Shown one piece after another: positions 1 through 13,089 of a DNA stretch of 64,000 nt; position 1 is the stretch's first letter, and the number at the start of each line of letters is the position of its first letter. The stretch is from Felis catus (Eukaryota), in contig NC_058368.1 in assembly GCF_018350175.1 (NCBI RefSeq), forward strand, positions 199,146,001 to 199,210,000, given 5' to 3'. The position numbers were made by a program, and so were the translations under genes. The notes under the pieces are model-generated. The model did not search any database, was not told where the DNA came from, and worked only from the letters and a program-made list of their open reading frames with translations.

Positions 1-80
1 TTTGGGATGAGCACGGGGTGTTGTATGGAAACCAATTTGACAATAAATTTCATATATTGAAAAAAAACAAAAACCAAAAA
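1..80 (+). mobile_element. 3' end and A-rich tail of a felid LINE-1
   Basis: gggatgagcac...gttgtatggaaaccaatttgacaataaa followed by an A tail, similar to the L1 ends at ~4390 and ~14950. Confidence 0.85.
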
Positions 81-399
81 TAGGTTGACAAATTGTTTGA
101 AGGTTAGTGTCAGTCACAATGCTGACATCATTCACTTCACTTCATCTCATCACATAAGCATTTTATCATAGTTGCTTCTGGCAAACTTGAATTTGCTGCT
201 CCCTGGTCCCCTGGTTTTCCCAGGGTCCACTGAGAAGTTATTAGTGAAGTATCCCAGGATGCTGGCCTATTGGTAAGGCTGATAGGTTCTGACAGAGCAG
301 CCAGGAGGGGATGAGATGGAATGCGCTGAGATGGAGGTGATGTAGAGTATAACACCCAATTTATTTGCCTTTCAACTTTGCTTATGACTTATAAGAGAT

Positions 400-2300
400 T
401 TCTATTTTTTATAGTCAAATTTATCAATTTTTTGTGTTGCTTCTAGGTTTTGAGTTCTAGTTAAAAAGCCTTAAATCATAGCCAAAAATTCTTTTTCTAC
501 TAAAGCTATAGACAAATTCACCCATGTTTTCTTTTAGAATATACATATTTCCTTCCCTTCCCTGTCTCCCTTCCTTCCATTAAAACTCTGATCCATCTGA
601 AGTTTATTCTTGTATATGGTATGAGGAATGAGGAATTTCATCATCTCCAGTTGTCCTGATAAAATTTACTAAGAAGATCATCTTTGCCCCAAATGATGTG
701 AGATATCACCTTTATCCTACACCAAATTTCTATATGTAGTTGGTCTATGTCTGTATTTTTATCACATTGGCTTGTCCATTCATGCTCAGTACCAAATTGC
801 TTTAATTATAAACATTGTACTATGTTTGAATATCTAAAAGGGGTAGACTTCATTCAGAGTTTTGTTTTGCTTTTCTTTTCAGTGTTTGCCTAGCTACTAC
901 TTTTTATTTTTTTATTTTTTTTTCATACGAGCTTTGTGAAATTACCTAGATCCATACACAAACTTACTGAATTTTAACTGGGAAGACATTAAATGTATAA
1001 GTTAACTTGAGGAAAACTGACCTCTTCATGATTGTGAGATGTCCTGTCAAAGAACAAAGGGTATCTTCTCATTTGTTCAATTCTATTTTTGTCTTTCATG
1101 AATGTTTTATAATTTTCTTCATGGAAATCTTGGACAACTCTTTTTAATTTATTTTGAGAGAGAGAGAGCATGAGCAGGGGAGGAGCACACAGAGAGAGAG
1201 AGAGAGAGAAATAATCCCAAGCTGACAGCACAGAGCCCAATGTGGGCCTCAACCCCACAAACTATGACATCAGGACTTCAGCTGAAATCAGGATGCTTAA
1301 CTGACTGAGCCACCCAGGTGCCCCTTGGATAATTCTTATTAAATGTATCCCTAAGTACTTTATCTTTTATCTTCTTTATTGCTATTATAAATAGAGTTAT
1401 CTATTATAACTTATAGCTGGTTATTATTTGTGTATCTAAATTCTATTGATTTTCTTATTGTGGTAAAAAACAAGTAACATAAAATTTGCCATCTTAACCA
1501 TTTTTATATGTCCAGCTTGGTAGTGTTAAATTATATTCACTTTGTTGTGAAACAAATCTCCAGAACTTTTCATCTTGCAGAATTAAAACTCTATACTCAT
1601 TAAATAATAATTCCCCACCCTGTGGTGACTGCTACTATAATTTGTCTCTATGGATTAGCCTACTCTGGACACTTTATGGAAGTACAATCATGTAGTATTT
1701 GCCCTTTTATGGAAAACTTATTTCACTTAGCATAATGTCTGCAAGGTTCATCCATGCTGTGGCATGTGGAAGACTTTCTTTCCTTTTGAAAGGTGAATAA
1801 CAGTCCATTGAATGTATACACCATGATTTATGAATTCATATGTGGATGTATATTTGGGTTTCCTCCACCTCATGGAATAGTGTGGCTATAAACGTGGATG
1901 TACAAACATCTCTTCAGGACCCTTCTTTCAATTCTTCTGGATGGATACCTAGAAGTGAGATTGCTGAATGATACGATAGCTCTATTTTTAATTTTTGAGG
2001 AAAATTTTACATTCCCACCAGCAATGTAAATGCATTTTCTCCATATCCCAACCAACACTTGCTATTGTCTATGTTTTTTGTTTTGTTTTTAACCATCTGG
2101 TATCATAATGGGTTTAAGGTGATATTTCAATATGGTTTAGATTTTGCATTTTTGATTAGTGATATTGACCATTTTTTTATACATTTCTTGGAACTTTATA
2201 TATCATCTTTGAATAAATGTCTATTCAAACCATTTGCTCATTTTTAATCAGGTTATTTGATTTTGTGTCACTGAGTTGTTCATTTTTCTTTTACCTTTCT
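400..2300 (-). mobile_element. Old L1 (L1M-type) ORF2 and 3' UTR fragments
   Basis: Diverged antisense L1 motifs (ttcacttagcataatgtct...aggttcatccatg; tgtctattcaaaccatttgctcattttt), interrupted by a SINE. Confidence 0.7.
1141..1324 (-). mobile_element. CanSINE
   Basis: (GA)n tract, ctgagccacccaggtgcccc head, TSD-like ttggacaactc/ttggataattc. Confidence 0.9.
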
Positions 2301-2316
2301 AGTTGTTTCCCTAGAG

Positions 2317-2505
2317 TTTTTAAAGGTTTATTTTTGAGAGAGGGGGAGCAAGAGAGAGGGTGAGTGGGGGGAAGAGGGAGAGGGAGAGAACCCAAGCAGG
2401 ATCCGTGCTGACAGCAGCAAGCCTGATATGGGGCTTGAACTCATCAACAGTGAGATCATGACCTAAACTGAAGTCAGACGCTCAACTGAGCCACCCAGGC
2501 ACCCC
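2317..2505 (-). mobile_element. CanSINE
   Basis: SINE consensus motifs, TSD gtttccctagag/gtttctctagag. Confidence 0.9.
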
Positions 2506-2744
2506 TGTTTCTCTAGAGCTTTCAGTGCACTTTTGCTAGCTGAAGTCTACCTTCAACTAAAATTGTACTGTTTCACATACAGGGCAGATACTTTATAATA
2601 GAATATTCATAATGTCTCCCTCCTGTGCCTTATTAACATTGCCGTCATTCATTTCATTCATCTATGTGTCATAATCTCCCAGTGCATTGTTACTATTTAT
2701 TATAGCTTTAAACAGTTATCTTTTAGATCAAATAAGAAAAGAAA

Positions 2745-4510
2745 AATATTCCTGGAGGCATCACGATCCTGGACTTTAGCCTGTACTACAAAGCTGTAAT
2801 CATCAAAACAGTATGGTATTGGCACAAAAACAGACACATAGACCAATGGAGTACTGTAGAAAACCCAGAATTGGAACAATAAATGTATGGCCAACTAATA
2901 TTTTTTTTAAAAATTTTTTTTTCAACGTTTATTTATTTTTGGGACAGAGAGAGACAGAGCATGAACAGGGGAGGGGCAGAGAGAGAGGGAGACACAGAAT
3001 CGGAAACAGGCTCCAGGCTCTGAGCCATCAGCCCAGAGCCCGATGCGGGGCTCGAACTCACGGACCGCGAGATCGTGATCTGGCTGAAGTCGGACGCTTA
3101 ACCGACTGCGCCACCCAGGCGCCCCGGCCAACTAATCTTTGACAAAGTAGGTATCTAATGGAAAAAAGGCAGTCTTCTTAGCAAATGATGCTGGGAGAAC
3201 TGGACAGCAACATGCAGAAGAATGAACCTGGACCACTTTCTTACACCATACACAAAAATAAACTCAAAATGGATGAAAGACCTAAATGTGAGACAGGAAA
3301 TCATCAAAACCCTAGAGGAGAAAACAGGGAACAACAACAACCTCTTTGACCTCAGCCACAGCAACTTCTTACTTGACATGTCTCCGAAGGCAAGGGAAAT
3401 AAAAGTAAATATGAACTACTGGGGGACCTCTTCAATATTAAAAAACTTCTGCACAGTGAAGGAAATAGTCAACAAAACTAAAAGCAACTGACAGAATGGG
3501 TGAAAATATTCGCAAGTGACATATCGGATAAAGGGTTATAGATCTAAAATCTATAAAGAACTTACCAAACTCTCAACAGCCAAAAAAACAAATAATCCAA
3601 TGAAGAAATGGGCAGAAGACATGAATAGACACTTTTCCAAACAAGATATCTGGCTGGCCAACCGACACATGAAAAAATGTTCAACATCACTGATCATCGA
3701 GGAAATGAAAACCAAAACCACACTGAGATATCACTTCATACCAGTCAGAGTGGCTAAAATTAACAACTCAGGAAACAACAGCTATTGGCAAGGATGTGGA
3801 GAAATGGGTACTCTCTTGCACTATTGGTGGGAATGCAAACTAGTGCAGCCACTCTGGAAAACAGTGTGGAGGTTCCTCAAAAATTAAAAATAGAATTATC
3901 CTATGACCCAGCAATAGCACTACTAGGACCTTATCCAAAGGATATAGGAGTGCTGATTCATAGGGGCACATGTACCCCAATGTTTATAGCAGTGCTTTCA
4001 ACAGCAACCAAATTATGGAAAAAAGCCCAATGTCCATCAACTGATGAATGGATAAAGAGGATGTGGTATATATATACAGTGTAATACTACTTGGCAATGA
4101 GGAAGAATGAAATCTTGCCATTTGCAACGATGTGGGTAGGACTGAAAGATATTATTCTAAAGTGAAATAACTCAGAGAAAGACAGATCTCATATGTTTTC
4201 ACTCATATGTGGAATTTGAGAAATTTAACAGAAGACCATGGGGGAAGGGAAGGGAAAAAATAGTTTCAAGAAGAAAGGGAGGCAAACCATAAGAGACTCT
4301 TAAATACAGAGAATAAACTGAGGATTGATGAGGGAGTGGGGGTGGGGGGAGGGAAATGGGTGATGGGTATTGAGGAGAGCACTTGTTGGGATGAGCACTG
4401 GATGTTGTATGTAAGCAATGAATCATGGGAATCTACTCCCAAAGCCAAGAGCACACTGTATACACTGTATGTTAGCTAACTTGACAAAAAATTATATTAA
4501 AAGAGAGAAA
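2745..4510 (+). mobile_element. 5'-truncated felid LINE-1 (ORF2 C-terminus and 3' UTR), frameshifted
   Basis: ORF pieces [54 protein letters not shown] and CTPMFIAVL are L1 ORF2p C-terminal motifs. Confidence 0.95.
2901..3125 (-). mobile_element. Young felid CanSINE nested in L1
   Basis: CpGs intact, perfect TSD ggccaactaat at 2889-2899 and 3126-3136. Confidence 0.95.
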
Positions 4511-5490
4511 CATCCAATTTTGTTTTGCTTTAATCCTTCTATGATACTCTTCTGCTTCTCTGATGTTTCTCTGATATTTATATATATGCCAAATGGTCAC
4601 CACAATAAGTCCAGTTAAATTTCATTACCATACATAGTTACAATATTTTTCTCATGATGAGAACTTTTAAGATCTACTCTCTTAGTAACTTTCAAACATG
4701 TAATACAGTTTTATTAACTATAGTCACCATAATGTACATGACATCCCTATGACTTATTTATTTTATAACTGGAAGTTTGTAACTTTTGAAGCTATTCACC
4801 CATTTCACCCACCTCTAACCCCTTGCCACTGGAAACCAATTTGTTTTCTGTATCTATGAGCTTGTTTTGTTTGTTGGTTTGTTTGTTAGAAACCACCTAT
4901 AAGTAAGATCGTACAGTATTTGACTTCTTTAAGTTAGTGTAATGGCCTTGAGGTCTATCCACATTGTTGCAAATGGCAAGATGTCATTTTTTATGTCTGA
5001 ATAATAATCCATTGTGTATATATAACACAGTTTCTTATCCATTATACATTGATGGACACTTAGGTTGTTTTTGTATCTTGGCTATTGTAAATAACGCTGC
5101 AGTGAACATGGGGATACATATATCTTTTCAACTGTTTTTTATTCATTGGATAAATACCCAGAAGTATAATTGCTAGATCATATGTTAGTAGTACTTTTAT
5201 TTTTTTGAGGAACTTCCATGCTTGTTCTCCATAGTGCTATACTGAAACACATTCCTACCAACAGTGCACAAAGATTCCCTTTTCTCCACATCTTCGCCAA
5301 CATTTGTTATTTCTTGTCTTTTTGATAGTAGACATTCTAACAGGTGTGAGATGATAGCTCTTTGTGGTTTTGGTTTTCATTCCCCTGGTAATTAGTGATG
5401 TTGAGCATCTGTTCACCTACCTGTTAGCCATCAATATAGCATCTTTGGAAAAAATATCTAACTCAGATTCTCTGCCCATTTTTTTAATTG

Positions 5491-5794
5491 AAGTATTTTT
5501 ATTTTATGTACAATGAGTTGGGATTAAGGTAACTTATCCCAAACTGCAGTTAAGGTAGGTATCTTGGATTACCCATTCAAGAAAGTTCACTTAATCCAAC
5601 TTAATGAAGCCTATAGCCTTCATGTATTGACAGAAACACTGACAGCACATGTTAAGGCCATATTTCTGGATCAAACCATGCTGGTTTGAGCAGACAAGGC
5701 AAGAAGAAGAATCCTGGCCAAATTTCCTTGGATGGCTACAGCAGAGCTGCTGGTGACCCATCTTGCTTTCTTGGATGCAGTGAAACAAAAGGGG
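5491..5794 (-). pseudogene. RPS29: Processed pseudogene of 40S ribosomal protein S29, inserted into an L1
   Basis: Intronless ORF 5761-5591 [56 protein letters not shown], 5'-TOP-like cctttt start, AATAAA near 5500, and flanking duplication tctctgcccatttttt(t)aattg at 5469-5490 and 5795-5815. Confidence 0.95.
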
Positions 5795-6038
5795 TCTCTG
5801 CCCATTTTTTAATTGGAATTTTTCCCTACTGAGTTGTATGCCTTTGTTATATATTTTGGATAGTAGTAGCTCCTTTTCAGACATATGATTTAGAAATATT
5901 TCCTCACAGTAGATTGCGTTTTCATTTTGTTGGTGGTTTCCTTACTGTACAGAACATTTTTAGTTTGATGTAGTTACATCATTTATTTTTGCTTTTCTTG
6001 CATTTGCTTTTGGTGTCAGACTGAAAAGTAATGCCTTT

Positions 6039-6237
6039 TGGGGCACCTGGTTGCCTCAATTGGTTAACTGTCCAACTCTTGGTTTCTGCTCAGGTCATGA
6101 TCTCACATTTTGTGGGATCAAGCTCCTCACTGAGCTCCATGCTGACAGCACAGAGCCTGCTTGGGATTCTCTCTCTCCCTCTTTCTCTGCTTCTCTCCTG
6201 TTCATGCGTGCTCTCTCAAATTAAAAAAAAAAAAAAA
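6039..6237 (+). mobile_element. CanSINE
   Basis: ggggcacctgg head, A tail, TSD aaaagtaatg(c/a)cttttg. Confidence 0.92.
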
Positions 6238-7792
6238 GTAATGACTTTTGCCAAGACTGATGTCAAGGAGCTTACTATGTTTTCATCTAGGAGTTTTATG
6301 GTTTCAGGTGTTGTGTTCAAGTCTTTAATCCACTTTGAGTTAATTTTTTATGTGCCAAAAGATGGTGGTCCAGGTTTATTCTTTTGTATGTGGCTGTCCC
6401 GTTTTCCCAACACCGTTAATTGAAGAGACCATCCTTTTTTGATTGTGTGTTCTTGGCTTTGTTGTAAATTAACCATATTTACATGGGTTTATTTCTTGCC
6501 TCTCTATTTTGTTACATTGATCTATGTGTCTGTTTTTACACCAATACCATTTGTTTTGCTTACTATAGCCTTGAAATATAATTTGAAATCAGGGAGCATG
6601 ATGTCTCCAGGTGTGTTTTTCTTTCTCAAGAATGGTTGGCTCTGTGGGGTCTTTTGTTTTTTCATATAAATTTTAGGACTCTTTGTTTTATTTGGGAAAG
6701 CTGCATTTGAAATGTTGGTAGGAATTGAATTTGTAGATTGCTTTACATAGTGATGACATTTTAATAATATTAATTCCTCCAGTTCAGAAACATGGAATAT
6801 CTTTCCATTTATTTTTGCCTTCTTCAATTTCTTTCATCAGTGTCTTAGTTTTCAGTGTATAAGTCTTTCACCTTCTTGGTTTAATTTACTTTTAGGTATT
6901 TTATTCTTTCTGATGTAATTGTAAAATTAATATCTTAATTTCTCTTTCTGATGGTTGTTAGTGTAGAGAAATGCAATGAAGTTTTGCAAATTGATTTTGT
7001 ATCCTGAAACTTCACCAAATTCATTTATTGGTTCTAACACTTTTTTCATGGAGTATGTAGGGTTTTCTATATATAATATCACATCAACTGCAAATAGTGA
7101 CACTAGGACTTCCAAAACAATATTAGTAACAGTGGTGAGAATGGGCATCTTTGTCTTAATCTTACAGGAAAAACTTTAAGCTTTTTGCCATTGAGTATAA
7201 TGTTAGTGTGGGCTTGTCTTATATGGGCCTAACTATGTTGAGATAAGTTTTTCCTCTTTTACTTTTTCCCTACTGAGGGATACCCACTTTTCCTCTTTAT
7301 TAAAGTATAGTTGGGGGGTGGGGATCATAGCTTATACACAATGTCACATTAGTTTCAGGTATACAACGTAGCAATTCAAGAATTTTATCCATCATGCTAT
7401 GCTCACAAGTGTAGCTACTATTTGTCAGCATACAACATTATTACAATACAATTAACTGTATTCCCTTTCATTCCCATGATTTATTAATTTCATAACTGGA
7501 AGTCTGTACCTTTAGCTCCCCTTCACCCATTTTGCCCATCTCCTCACCCCCTCCCCTCTGAAAATCACCAGTTCTCTGTATTTGGGATCTATTTCTGCTT
7601 TTTGTTCATTTTGGTTTTTTGTTTTTGTTTTTGTTTTTTTGTTGTTTTCAGATTCCACATATAAGTGAAACCATATGGTATTTGTCTGTCTCTAAATGAC
7701 TTATTTCACTTAGCATAATACCCTCTAGTCCATCCATGTTGTTGCAAATGGTTAAGATTTCATTCTTTTTTTATGGCTGAACAGTATTCCAT

Positions 7793-7916
7793 TGTGTGTG
7801 TGTGTGTGTGTGTATATGTTATACACACACACATACATATGTACATATATATATGTATACATATATGTACATACGTACATATATACATGTGTTGTGTATA
7901 TACATACACACACACA
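7793..7916. repeat. Compound (TG)n/(TA)n/(CA)n microsatellite inside the L1
   Basis: Directly visible. Confidence 0.9.
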
Positions 7917-8214
7917 CCACATCTTTATGTCCTTTGTCCATTCGTCTATCAATGGACACATAGGTTGCTTCTGTATCTTGGCTATTGCAAATAAAACTGC
8001 AATAAATATGGGGTGCATATATCATTTCAAATTATTGCTTTCATTTTCTTTGGGTAAGTACCACATAGTGGAATTACTGAATTATATGGTATTTCTATTT
8101 TTAATTTTTTGAAGTACTCCATACTATTTTCATAATGGCTACACCAACACATTCCCACTACCAGTACATGAGGGTTCCTTTTCTTCACATCCCCACCAAC
8201 ACTTGCTTTTGTCT

Positions 8215-8415
8215 TTTTTGTTTAAGTTTATTTATTTGTTTTGAGAGAGAGCATGAGCATGTGCATGAGTGGGAGGGGGCAGAGAGAATCCCAAGCAGGC
8301 TCGGCACTGTCAGTGTGGAGCCTGACATGGGGCTCAAACTCACAAACTGAGAGATCATGACCTGAGCAGAAACCAAGAGTCAGATGCTTAACTGACTGAG
8401 CCACCCAGGTGCCCC
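8215..8415 (-). mobile_element. CanSINE at an L1 deletion junction
   Basis: SINE consensus motifs, no clean TSD. Confidence 0.9.
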
Positions 8416-11400
8416 TCCCAACACTATTTTTTGAAAGATTGTCTTTTCTCCATTGCATATCCTTGCCTCCTCTGTCATAGATTAATTGACCATATAAGCA
8501 TGGGTTTATTTCAGGGCTCCCTGTTCTTTTCTATTGATTTGTGTGTCTATTTTTTGTGCCAGTACCATACCGTTTTGATCAATGATAGCTATGTAGTACA
8601 TCTTGAAATCAGGGACGGTGATACCTCCAGCTTTGCTCTTCTTTCTCATGATTGCTCTGGCTATTTGATTCTTTGGTGGTTCTAAATAAATATTAAGATT
8701 ATGTGTTCTAGTTCTGTGAAAAATGCTATTGATGTTTTGATAGAGATTTCATTGAATTTGGGATTGTTTAGGGTAGTTTTCATATTTTAACAATATTCTT
8801 CCAAAAATGAGCATGATATATCTTTCCATTTGTTTGTGTCATCTTCAATTTCTTTCATCAATGTTTTATAGTTTTTTGAATACAGATCTTTCACTTCCTT
8901 GGTTAAGTTTATTCCTAGGTACTTTATTCTTTTTGGTGCATCTGTAAAAGGAATCATTTTCTTAATTTCTCTTTCTGCTATTTTATTGTATAGAAATGTA
9001 ATAGGTTTCCACGTATTAATTTTGTATTCTGAAACTTTAATTAATTCATTTATCCTAATAGTTTTTGGTGGAATCTAGGATTTTCTCTATATAGTATTCT
9101 AGCATCTGCAAATAGTGACAGTTTTACTTTTTCCTTACAAATTTGGATACCTTTTGTTTCTATTTCTTGTTTTATTGCTGTGGCTAGGACTTCCAGTAGT
9201 ATATTGGTCAAAAGTGGTGAAAATGGGCATCTTTGTCTTGTTCCTGATCTTAGAGGAAAGGCTTTCCATCTTTACCCATTGAGTACTTTGGGTTTTTATC
9301 ATAAATGGATGTTGAATTTTGTCAAAGGCTTTTCCTGCTTCTATTGAGATGATTGTATATATTTTACCTTCATTTTGTTTATACGGTTATCACATTGATT
9401 TAGGGATGTTGAAACATCCGTGCATCCTTCCAATAAATCCCACTTGATAATAGTGTATGATCCTATTAATGTATTGTTGGATTCAGTTTGCTAAGATTTT
9501 GTTAAGAAATCTTGTATCTATGTTCATCAGAGGTATTGGCCTATATATAATATTCTTTTGTTGTGGTGTTTTGTCTAGTTTTGGAATCAGGGTAATGATG
9601 GCCTTATAAAATGACTTTGGAAGTGTTCCGTCCTCTTCCATATTTTGGAAAAGCTTGAGAATGATTAGTTTTAATTCTTTTGAATCTTTGGAAGACTTCA
9701 CCAGTAAAGCCATCTAATCCTGAACTTTAATTTGTTCGAAGGTTTTTGATTCCTGATTCAATCTCCTTACTAGTAATCAAACCAGTCAGTTTTTCTATTT
9801 TTTATGATTCACTCTTGATAGGTTGTATGTTTCTAAAAATCTATTTCTTCTAGGTTGTCAAATTTGTTGGCATATAGAGTTTGTAGTAGTCTCTTCTGAT
9901 CCTTTGTATTTCTACTGAAGCAGCTATAATGTCTCTTTCATTTTTCATTTTATTTATATGCCTTCTCTTTTTTCCCCTGGTGAATGTAGGTAAAGTTTGT
10001 CAATTCTCTGTATGTTTTCAAATATCCAAATGTTTTCAAATATCCAAATATTCATTCATCTTTTCTATTGTTGGTTCAGTCTCTATTTCATTCATTTTTA
10101 TTTTGATCTTTTTTATTTCCTCTTATTCTACTTTAAATTGGCTCTTTTTCTAGTTCCTTAAGGTATAAAGTTAGGGGGTAAGTTTATTTGGAGATTTTTC
10201 TTGTTTCCTGATGTAGACATTTATTGATAGAAACTTTCTTCTTAGAACTACTGTTGCTGCATATCATAACTTTTGATATATTCTTTCCATTTACCTTTGT
10301 GTCTAGATATTTTTTTATTTCTCTTTTGATTTCTTCTTCGACCCATTGATTATTCAGTAGCTTATTGCTTAATCTCCACATTTTTATAAATTTTCTAGTT
10401 TTCTTCTTATAATTAATTTATATTTCCATACACAGGAGTCAGAAAAGTGCTTGATATGACTTCAGTCTTCTTAAATTTATTAAGACTTGTTTTTGTGGAC
10501 TAATATATGATTTCTCCAGAAGAATGTTCATTGTGCACTTGAGAAGAATTTGTACTCTGTTGCTTTTGGATGGAAAGTCCTTGTATATCTCTTTCAAATC
10601 CATCTGGTCTAATGTGTCATTTAAGGCCAATGTTTTCTTAGTGATTTTGTCTGGATGATCTATCTATTGATGTCACTGGGGTATCAAATTTCGCTACTAT
10701 TATTGTATTGCTTTCTAGTTCTACCTTTACATCTGTTAATATTTACTTTATATGTCCATATGCTTCTATGTTGGGTGCATGAATAATTACAAATGTTATA
10801 TTGATCCCTTTATCATTATCTAGTACCCTTTGTCTCTTACTATGATCTTTGTTTTAAAGTCTGATAAGTCTACCTTTCCCCACTTTCTTTGATCTCCATT
10901 TGCATGGAATATCTTTTTCTATCCTTTTACTTTGTATGTCTTTAGATCTGAAATGAGTCTTTTGTAGGCAGCATATAAATGGGTCTTTTTCTTTTTTAAT
11001 CCTTTCAGCCACTGTATGTCTTTTGTTTGGAGAAATTAGTCCATTTAAATTTAAAGTAATAATTGATAAATATGCACTTATTCACGTTTTGTTGTTTTCT
11101 AGCTGTTTTATACTTCCTCTGTGCCTTTTTCTCTTGCTCTGTGCCTTTATAGTTGGATGACTTTCTTCAGTGGTATCTTAGAGTCCTCTCTGTTTTGTGT
11201 ATCTACTATAGGTTTTTGTTTGTGGTTATTGTAAGGCTTACATATAACAACTTATAACAATGTACTTTAATCTGATAAAAACTTAAGTTTGAATGAATTC
11301 TAAAGTTCTACATTTTTACTCCCCCCTCCACCAATGTTTTATTTTCTGCCATCACATTTTACATCTCTTTATCTTGTGTACCCCTTAATAATTATGTTTA

Positions 11401-12195
11401 CAACTTTTGTCTTTTAACCTTAATACTAGCTTTATAAGTGATTACTCTGCCATCTTTGCTATATATTTACCTTTACAAGTAAAACTTACACTTTTATGTT
11501 TTCCTGTTATAAATTAGTGCTTTTTATTTCGGTTTAGAGAATTACGTTTAATATTTCTTGCGAGGCTTAGCTTTTGCTCGTTTGGAAATTTCTTTATCTC
11601 TTCTTCAATTGTGAGTGACAATTTTTCCAGTTAGAGTATTCTTGTTTGAAAGTATTTTTCTTTCAGCACTATGAATATAGCATACTATTCTGTTATGTTT
11701 CTGCCAAAAAAATATGATTGTCTTGTGAGGTTCCCTTGTACATAACAAGTTGCTTGTCTCTTGTGGCTTTGAAGATTCGTTCCTTGTCTTTGACATTCTA
11801 ATTATAATGTATCTTGGTGTGGGTCTCTGGGTTCATTTTATTTGTAACTCTCTCGTCTTCCTGGATCTAAATGTCTGTTTCCTTCTTCAGATTAGGATAG
11901 TTTTCAGTAATTATTTCTTTAAATAAGTTTTCTGCCCCTTTCTCTCTCTATTCTTCTTCTTTTGGGAGCCCTATTTTGTGAATATTAGTCTGTTTGGTGT
12001 TATCCTATAAATACATTAAGCTATCTTCATTTTTTAAAATTTATTTTTCCTTCCCTGATTGGATAAATTCTACTGTTTGTCTTCGAAGTCATTGATTCTC
12101 TCTTCTGCTTTATCTAGTCTGCCATTGAGTACCTCTAGTGTATTTTTTTTTCTAGTGTATTTTTCAGTTCAGTCATTATATTTTCATCATCTTGA

Positions 12196-12389
12196 TTTTT
12201 AAAATTTTTTTTAAGGTTTGTTTATTTTTGAGAGAAAGAGAGAGAGAGAATGGGGGAGGGGCAGAGAGAGAGGGAGACACAGAATCTGAAGCAGGCTCCA
12301 GGCTCTGGGCTGTCAGCCTAGGGCTTGAACTCAGGAACTGTGAGATCATGACCTGAGCTGATTAACCAACTGAGCCACCCAGGCACCCC
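12196..12389 (-). mobile_element. CanSINE
   Basis: SINE consensus motifs. Confidence 0.9.
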
Positions 12390-13089
12390 CAGACTATTTT
12401 ATTTTTAATGGCTCCAAATAGATAAGGTTGTTCCAGAACTTTTTTTTTTTTTTGTATGATCTACATTTTGACATTTGGCTTTTGTTGTTTTCTTCTTTAG
12501 AATTCTCTCCATATACCTCTTTGAGTGGTATAATCTAAAGCAGAATGCAATGTGTATGTTCTTCTTTGGAAGTTTAACTGAAGCAATTCTTCAATTTATC
12601 CTTTGTTTAATACATAATGAAATTGCATTATGTACTCCCCAAGGTGCTTCCGTATCGTTACATGTTTACTTATTTCATATTGAGCTATGGTCCTCTCTGA
12701 TCCTTCTCCTTCTTACCACTGACAATTTTCTTCTTTCTTATGTAATGTTCAATCATTCCCTGTCTTACATTTGTATAATTTATAATCCCCAAATGTACTG
12801 CATTGTGTGTCCTAGATGAATTGTCATTTGTAAGAAAGACTAAAGCATCCTTTAACTATGGCATATATTGCTTTAGATTCACATGGAAATCCCTAAGACT
12901 CATTTGTTTTACATCTCTAAGATGTTTTCCCCCATTTAATAATTGTAAACTGGTATCAAGACCAATTTTGTTTGGTTTTCATTTGTAGGCTTTACTTGAA
13001 ATCGTATTAACACTTTCAGATTGGCTGGCTCATGTTTTGTCAATTATTCTCATAATTCCATGAAAATCATTTATTTAGGACATCATTCT

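Larger units (their letters stand above)
4570..7250 (-). mobile_element. Carnivore LINE-1 fragment (3' UTR into the RT region) hosting the RPS29 retrocopy and a SINE
   Basis: Minus ORF pieces SLFAVDVILYIENP...FGEVSGYKIN and IMLPDFKLYFKAIVSKT are L1 ORF2p motifs. Confidence 0.9.
7295..12185 (-). mobile_element. Long decayed LINE-1 (ORF1 remnant, ORF2 EN/RT, 3' UTR)
   Basis: EN-region LNDTLDQMDLKEIY, WRLSNKLLNNQWVEEEIKREIKKYL, RT-proximal YRPIPLMNIDTRFLNKILAN, and an ORF1-like remnant at ~11600-11950. Many stops and frameshifts. Confidence 0.92.

Noticed and set aside
5762..5884. N-terminal extension of the 97-aa ORF as an L1-RPS29 fusion protein
   Set aside because: It is a chance in-frame read-through from L1 sequence and the 5' UTR, with no promoter or splice evidence.
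10013..10048. 18-bp tandem duplication tgttttcaaatatccaaa, and similarly (aaataaattt)3 at ~34835
   Set aside because: Ordinary slippage duplications inside decayed repeats.
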